Of a stretch of DNA of 64,000 nucleotides, positions 58,155 through 64,000 are shown one piece after another (the first letter of the stretch is position 1; the number at the start of each line of letters is the position of its first letter). Both the position numbers and the translations under genes were made by a program. The notes beneath the pieces are model-generated. The model ran no database searches, was not told the origin of the DNA, and was given only the letters and a program-made list of their open reading frames with translations. Source of the stretch: Vitrella brassicaformis CCMP3155 (Eukaryota; Protista; Chromerida); contig CDMY01000193.1 of NCBI GenBank assembly GCA_001179505.1, forward strand, positions 62,001 to 126,000, written 5' to 3'.

Positions 58155-61100
58155 TCAACTTTTCTTGACGGCTGGTGCCTGCAGCACGTCCACAATCTGG
58201 GAGATGGCCGCGGACGTCATGCTCCTGACGACGCCCGTCGCCTCCCCCACCCCCATGGACCCCTCCCCCACCTTTCTGGCAATCGAGTGCACCGCCCCCT
58301 GCTTGTCGCGCCGCAGCAGCTGGATGGCCACCAGCCCTATGGAAGGCACCGACAGGCCCAGGCATTTGCTCTCCTGCCCCTCCGCCTCTCCCCCTCCCTC
58401 CCCGTCTTCGGTCTTGACGCGTGCCATGACTGCGTTGCTGAGGGTCTTTTGCACGTCGAGGTGCTTCATGATGGGCACCAGGTACCGCCACGCCATCGAG
58501 GCCCTCTCTCCCATGTCCACCACTTTCTGGGGCAGGTCGGTCAGGCCCACAGGCTCGGGCTCGGCTGTTGGGGACGAAGCCGACTCGCCACCATTATCGC
58601 CACCACCATTAGTCGTCGTCGCCAGGTCGGTGAGGACTTTCTGGAAGCCTTGAGACATGAGCGTGATGGATGAGGAGTCCGTATCGTCACTGACGTTGTT
58701 ATCGTCCTGTTTGCCTGTCTCTTCTGTCTCATCCTTGTCCTTTTCCTTGCCCTTTTCCTCCTGGTGCCGTCTCGATGGCCGACCACTTTCCTCTCCAGCT
58801 GTTGAAGGGTGGTAGAAGAGCTCCACACGAGGAGGGCCGTAGGGGTGATACCGTGGCCTACAGGCAGTGAGCCTTTGCAGCATCGAGCTCGGCGTCAGCT
58901 GCCCCCCGCCCCCCTCCCCCTCTGCCTCTCCGTCTCCGTCTCCCTCAGTGCATCGGCCCATGACGAGCATGTCGTCCAGCTCGTCTTTGAAGCGAGACGA
59001 GGAGGACCGCGGGTCGGGGTCCATGTCCATGAAGGCCCGCTCGGCATCGCTCGTGGGCCCCGGTGGCAGCATGTCCATGTCCGTCGTCAGTGTGGCGTCG
59101 TCGGCCTCCGTCTTCAGGTGGCTCTTTCCCCTCTTGCTGCGGCGGGCGGGGCCGTACTTGGTGGGCATGTCTTTGTGTTTGTGTGTGTAGGGGGAGATGC
59201 CGAGGGAGGGGGTGGGGCTGAGGGACGATGTGCCGCCCATTGCAGCAGCAGCAGCAGCAGCAGCACTGTAGTGGTGGCCGCCGAGCGACCGGTCGATGTC
59301 GTACATGGCTATGGCGCCATCCTGCACAGCACACATGACAGACACGAAGGAGAGAAAGAAAAAGAGACACAGCTGGCACCAACCATCACCAAGGCAAGGC
59401 AGGCACCACCTCCCGATTCGGCCCAGCCCACATACCTCCATGTGTGCATCAGCAGCAGCAGCAGCAGCAGCGTGTGCGTGTGCGTGTGCGGCGGCTGAGG
59501 ATTGCGCCACGGCCTCACTGAGCATCTGAGCCATGTGATACTGGTGTGCTGCCTCGCTGGCCAGGAGCATCTGGGCGCCCAGCTCGTTGGCCATCGGGGT
59601 CCATGTGGTCGCCTTGGCCATGACGGGCGGCTGGCGAGAGAGCTTGGCGCGCACCCGCTGATGGACGACACTGAGAGGGAGGCGCCGCATGTGCTCCAGG
59701 TGGAGACGCTGGACCAGACCCCACAAGTCACTGACACGACAATGGGTGGATAGGCATAGCATAGGCAGATAGGGAATTCATGGGAGACAATTTAGGCGAA
59801 CCATCGATATGCCAATCTCAGGAGATCTTCGTTCTTGAGCAGACAGATGCGCTGCCCTTGCTCAGTGCCTGCGACAGTACAGGACATCACTCACATCAAT
59901 CAATGCCTTCAAGGTACACTGACTGCACTTAGGTAGGTAGGTATCATCAGACCAGACCGCATACACACCTGAGAGTCCCTTGAGACGGATGCATCGGCGG
60001 AGCATTTCTCGCCCGGCCTCACCCAGTGTCAGCGTCATGCCATCCTCATACTCAAACCGCTGCAGCACACACGCACACGAACATACCATGGATGCGACAC
60101 CTATCGATGTAGCCCGCCTTCTCATTTCCCCACCCTGACCAGTTTCGGCGGGATGGTTGAGACCTCACAGAGCCCCAGCAGGTCGTCCTTGCTGATCTTG
60201 AGCCCATGTATGGTGACCTCTTCGACACCCGTCTCCCTCCTCCGCAAGTATCCCTCCACCTTGACACGTCGCGACTTTGGCGGCGGCCGGTAGCGCTCCT
60301 CCTCCTCTATTATCACCTGACCCGTGCCGCCCACCTCCAGCAACTTGGGCACTCGCAGGCCACCCGACACACGACGCGGCACGTACTCGTCCTCATCCTC
60401 ATCGCTGCTCTCCCCCTTGGTGCCGTCCTGGCTCTCGCCCTCCATCTCCGGACGCCACTCGTCCGACCCGTCATCGGCAGGGGGGTCCTCAGCCATTGAC
60501 ATACCAGGGGGAGGGGGCGTCACCGCCTTGCTTGTGGCGCGACCGCCTCTGCGCCCCTTGGCGCCACGGCCCCTCCCTCTCCCCTTGCGCGGCGACACGT
60601 TCCAGCCGCCCCGGGTAGACCCACGCGGGCGGCCTTTGGGTCGGCCGCGGGTGCCCTTCTTGCCCCTCGTGCAAGGCCCCTCTTCGTTGGAGCCCGGGGA
60701 GGGGGACCGAGTGAAGAAGGGCATCATCATACTGTGGGGACGACCGCAGGGGAGACACACATACATGTGTGTGTCTCTGTTTGAGTTGTTCGCCTGTATA
60801 TCGTACCGTGGTGGGAAGGGGAAGGGCATGAAGGGGCTGAAGTGCGGGTAGTGCATCTGGTACTGCATCAGCCGGTGCATCACGTCGAACGGCATGCGGC
60901 CCTCATAACCCAAGTAGCCCGCACCCTCCCCCGCACCACCCCCTTCTCCGTCGTGTGCCCCGTAACCATCAGCACCAGCAACGTCATCACAATCACCACC
61001 GCGGCCGACCAGGGCCTGGAAGGAATTAATTGACCCAAACTATGTGTCTCTCGGGTTTCCGTGCAGTGCAGTGCCGTGCTCTGCTGTGTGACCTACCTGC

Positions 61101-61939
61101 TGTCTTAGGTCTCCGCTGATTTGTCTGAGACCGTGTGGTCCTTCGCTGCTGTCCGGGCCAGCCATCGATCGCAGCATCAGGTCGTCGCTGGTTCCGTTAG
61201 TGTCGGTGGCGCGGCCGGCCCGTGAAGGAAGGGGCAGGTGCAGGTGAGACGGGAGCCTGCACGAGCAGGACAATGAGGGAGGGGATCTGTGTGTCAGGAG
61301 TGTGGGGCTCACGTGACTTGTGATTGTCCGGGAGGCGATGAAGGTCCAGCCTGGGAGGGACAAGAGACACAACACCATGTCTGTCTACCACCGATGTCTC
61401 CCTCCCTCCCTCCCTCAGTCACTCACCTGTTCCTTGCCCCCATTCTCTCTTTGTTGTAGCTCCTCGGCATCGTCTCCCCCCAGCAGTTTGAGCATTGTGT
61501 CCACCTCTTCATCCATCGCCCTGCTCCCTCTCTCACACCCGTCCGTCGCCCCAAATCTCACCTCGTCGGCACCTTCACCCAGCACCTCCCCATCCGTCCC
61601 AGGGGGCAGCACCACACCCAGTGCTTCACGGCTCGGCAAACAGAAGGAGGTCGTAGCTGGAGGCCGATCGGCTGCCGCGGGGATGATGTGGCGGCCGCGT
61701 TTCGGGCCGCCGAGGGCTGGTTTGTCTCTGCGATTGGCGTGCCCCTGTCGCTTGTCTCTGTGTATGTCGTGTGGGACGAGGTCGTCGAGGTCACTGTGGT
61801 TGGGAATCGACCGCTGCTGTGCCGTGTTCCTCTCGGACTCGACCTTCTCGAGGGCCTCCTCCAGGTCCTTCTCAGTCGACATCAGGGGGTAGGGGCCGGG
61901 CTGGTGGGCTCCGTCACTTGTCGGGAGCAGCCCTGACAT
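58155..61939 (-). CDS. Hypothetical nuclear-type protein with AT-hook-like motifs and Ala/His tracts
   Basis: ORFs 61415-61939, 60122-60913 and 58155-59762 are linked by canonical introns. Contains TRGRPKGRPRGS, acidic and basic patches, AAAHAHAHAAAAAAA. Exon structure partly tentative. Confidence 0.6.
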
Positions 61940-62488
61940 AGCGGGAGGGTTGGCCTGATGTGACGAAGGGGGTGTACAGCGATGGTTGTCCGGTCGTGTC
62001 TTGGGTCGTGTCTTCGGTTTTCAAAGCATGAGAGAGCGGTTGGCAGGGGGCGGTGTGGACCTGTAGGCCCGGTGGGGACAAGACTCACAGACCCCCCTGC
62101 GGCGCACAGGACGCCCTGCAGCAGACCGAGCGACGGCTTGTCGTTCGAGAGAAGGCTCAAGAGAGAGAAGGCGAGTGGGACAGAGTCACGTGTCCCGCTC
62201 TCAGTCCCAGCCGTCCGTCACAAACGCGTGAACGGAATACTGTGGTGTGGAAAGGGACGGAAGAGGCAATGCGCGCAGGAACGCCGGGGCTGCATAGCAT
62301 GCAGACGCCCACACAAGCCCCCAGGCAGATCCCTCCCTTCCCTCCCCTCCCCTCCATTCTCCCCCTCCCGACCGCTGGCAGCTAAAGGCTGACCTCAGCT
62401 GAGGTCTCTGCTCCATCAAGGCGTTTGCGGCGAGAGGCGCGAGCTCACCACAGGGAGGCGAACCCTGCAGAGGAACGCTTTGGACGCC

Positions 62489-64000
62489 ATGTCGGGAGTT
62501 GTTGATGGTGTTGATAGTGATGTGTTTGGATGTCCTCATATCTCGACTATCCGGGCGGTCATCGGCAGTAACGACGCCAGCATCGTAGAGAGGATGAAGA
62601 TGCTCTACTACGCCAGACACAAGGGAGGGCCAGAGGCAGTGGAGGCACTGCAGCTGGGACTGAACACCAGATCCAACCTCCTCAGGTGCGGTAGCCACAA
62701 CAAATGAACAAGAGATCCCGCAGTTAGAGAGATGATGCTGTCGGTGTGTGTGTTTGCTGCGCTGCTGCGTTGTGTGTCTATGAGCAGGCACGAGATAGCG
62801 TATGTGTTGGGTCAGCTGGGGGAGCCGTCTGCCATCCCCATTCTTACGCAGCTCCTCAGCGACCCAGCAGAGGACGATATGGTTCGCCATGAGGTAGGTG
62901 ACCGCATTGATACACACACACACACACACACACACAGACACAGACTGTTGTGATTCATGCCGGCCGCGTGTCCTTGCTCCAGGCTGCTGAGGCCCTGGCG
63001 GCCGTCAAATCGACCGAGAGCCTGGATCTGGTGAGCCTTTTTGGGGTGTAGACACGACACGATGTGGAGAATAAGTGCGTCCGTTATGCCATATACATTC
63101 AGATCCGCGAGTACGCTTCTGATGCCTCCCTCCCCGCCGTTGTTCGCGAGACCTGCGAACTGGCAGTGAGGTCGCTGGAGGACAAGAAGGAGGAGCAGGA
63201 ACCATCAGATGCCGACCCATCACCACCAGCAGCAGCGGCTGATGAGAGCGATAAGGACCAGCGGCATCAAGAGGAGGCGACTCAGAGGGGCAAGGGGTGG
63301 ACGCTCCACAAGTTAGTCGATGGCGAGGCCTGCAGAGAGAATGAATGACAACACAGCTTAAGACACCTGGATGTGATGTGTGTGAATGTGCGGTGGGTGA
63401 TTGGTGCAGTCCTGTTGGTGCGCCATCGGCCGCGGGTGCGGACTCGTCCGTGAGCCCCTACAACACCGTCGATCCCCTCGCCACCAAGAAGGGCTACCGC
63501 AAGCAAGACATCCCGGCACTGCGCCAGACACTCCTCGACCACACATCCCCCCTCTGGCTCAAGTAGGTAGACGAATCAAGGCCAGCGAGTCAGTCGATCC
63601 ACACAGACGCTGTTTGTCTGTTTGTCTGTCTGTCTGGTCGTGTGTGTGTATGTGTGTGTGACCAGGTACGAGAGTCTGTTTGCCTTGCGGAATCTGGGTG
63701 GCAGTGGTGCTGTGGAGGCAGTGTCGAGAGCCCTCACGGACGACCGGACGTCAGCTCTCTTCAGACACGAGGTGAGGCGAAGCAGGCGGGCGGCTGGACA
63801 CGCAGTCAACCTGAGAGAGCGGAAGGAGCGATGGCATCCATCGAATGGTCCACTTATTTTATTGTGCTTGTGTGTGTGGATTGCGTCAGTTGGCGTTTGT
63901 GTTGGGTCAGATGCAGAGTGAGGACAGCGTGTCGGCGCTGGTTCAGTGCCTGGGTGACGCTAGCGAGCACCCGATGGCACGGCACGAGGCGGCACTCGCT
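62489..64000 (+). CDS. DOHH: Deoxyhypusine hydroxylase (HEAT-repeat di-iron enzyme); runs off the window end
   Basis: SNLLRHEIAYVLGQ, MVRHEAAEALAA, VRETCELA, YNTVDP, YESLFALRN, SALFRHE, LGQMQ, HPMARHEAA. Four HE motifs. Confidence 0.97.

Noticed and set aside
58155-61939. ApiAP2 transcription factor
   Set aside because: No AP2 beta-sheet motif or ACDC domain could be identified by eye.

Overview
Intron-rich, GC-rich eukaryotic nuclear DNA. Short GT-AG introns, dense (CA/TG)n, (GACA)n and (GGAT)n microsatellites, bipartite plastid leaders and a lineage-typical hypothetical family point to a chromerid alveolate, most likely Vitrella brassicaformis (inference). About 22 spliced genes can be reconstructed, many as tight head-to-head pairs. 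Recognisable genes: plastid rubredoxin, a RING protein, AMPK-gamma-like CBS protein, p24, YdeI/OmpD-associated protein, CnoX/YbbN-like Trx-TPR, Notchless, MetF-like, plastid sigma-70, UBC8, DBH/MOXD1-like monooxygenase and DOHH. No rRNA, tRNA, CRISPR array or transposase was seen; there is one 300-N gap. Strongest novelty: a 9-exon, about 965-aa gene (14461-18098) joining a plastid-type leader and the non-catalytic N-terminal domains of aminopeptidase P to an intact spastin-type AAA+ ATPase. Other leads: tandem Inhibitor-1/DARPP-32-like PP1 modules in a CEP164-like WW protein, a frame-hidden 8-Cys secreted peptide, an ER-luminal NHR protein ending in HDEL, a 6TM-3xPAS protein with no output domain, and an OST-HTH-associated-like insert inside AMPK-gamma. 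All family calls come from motif recognition by eye; no database search was run.
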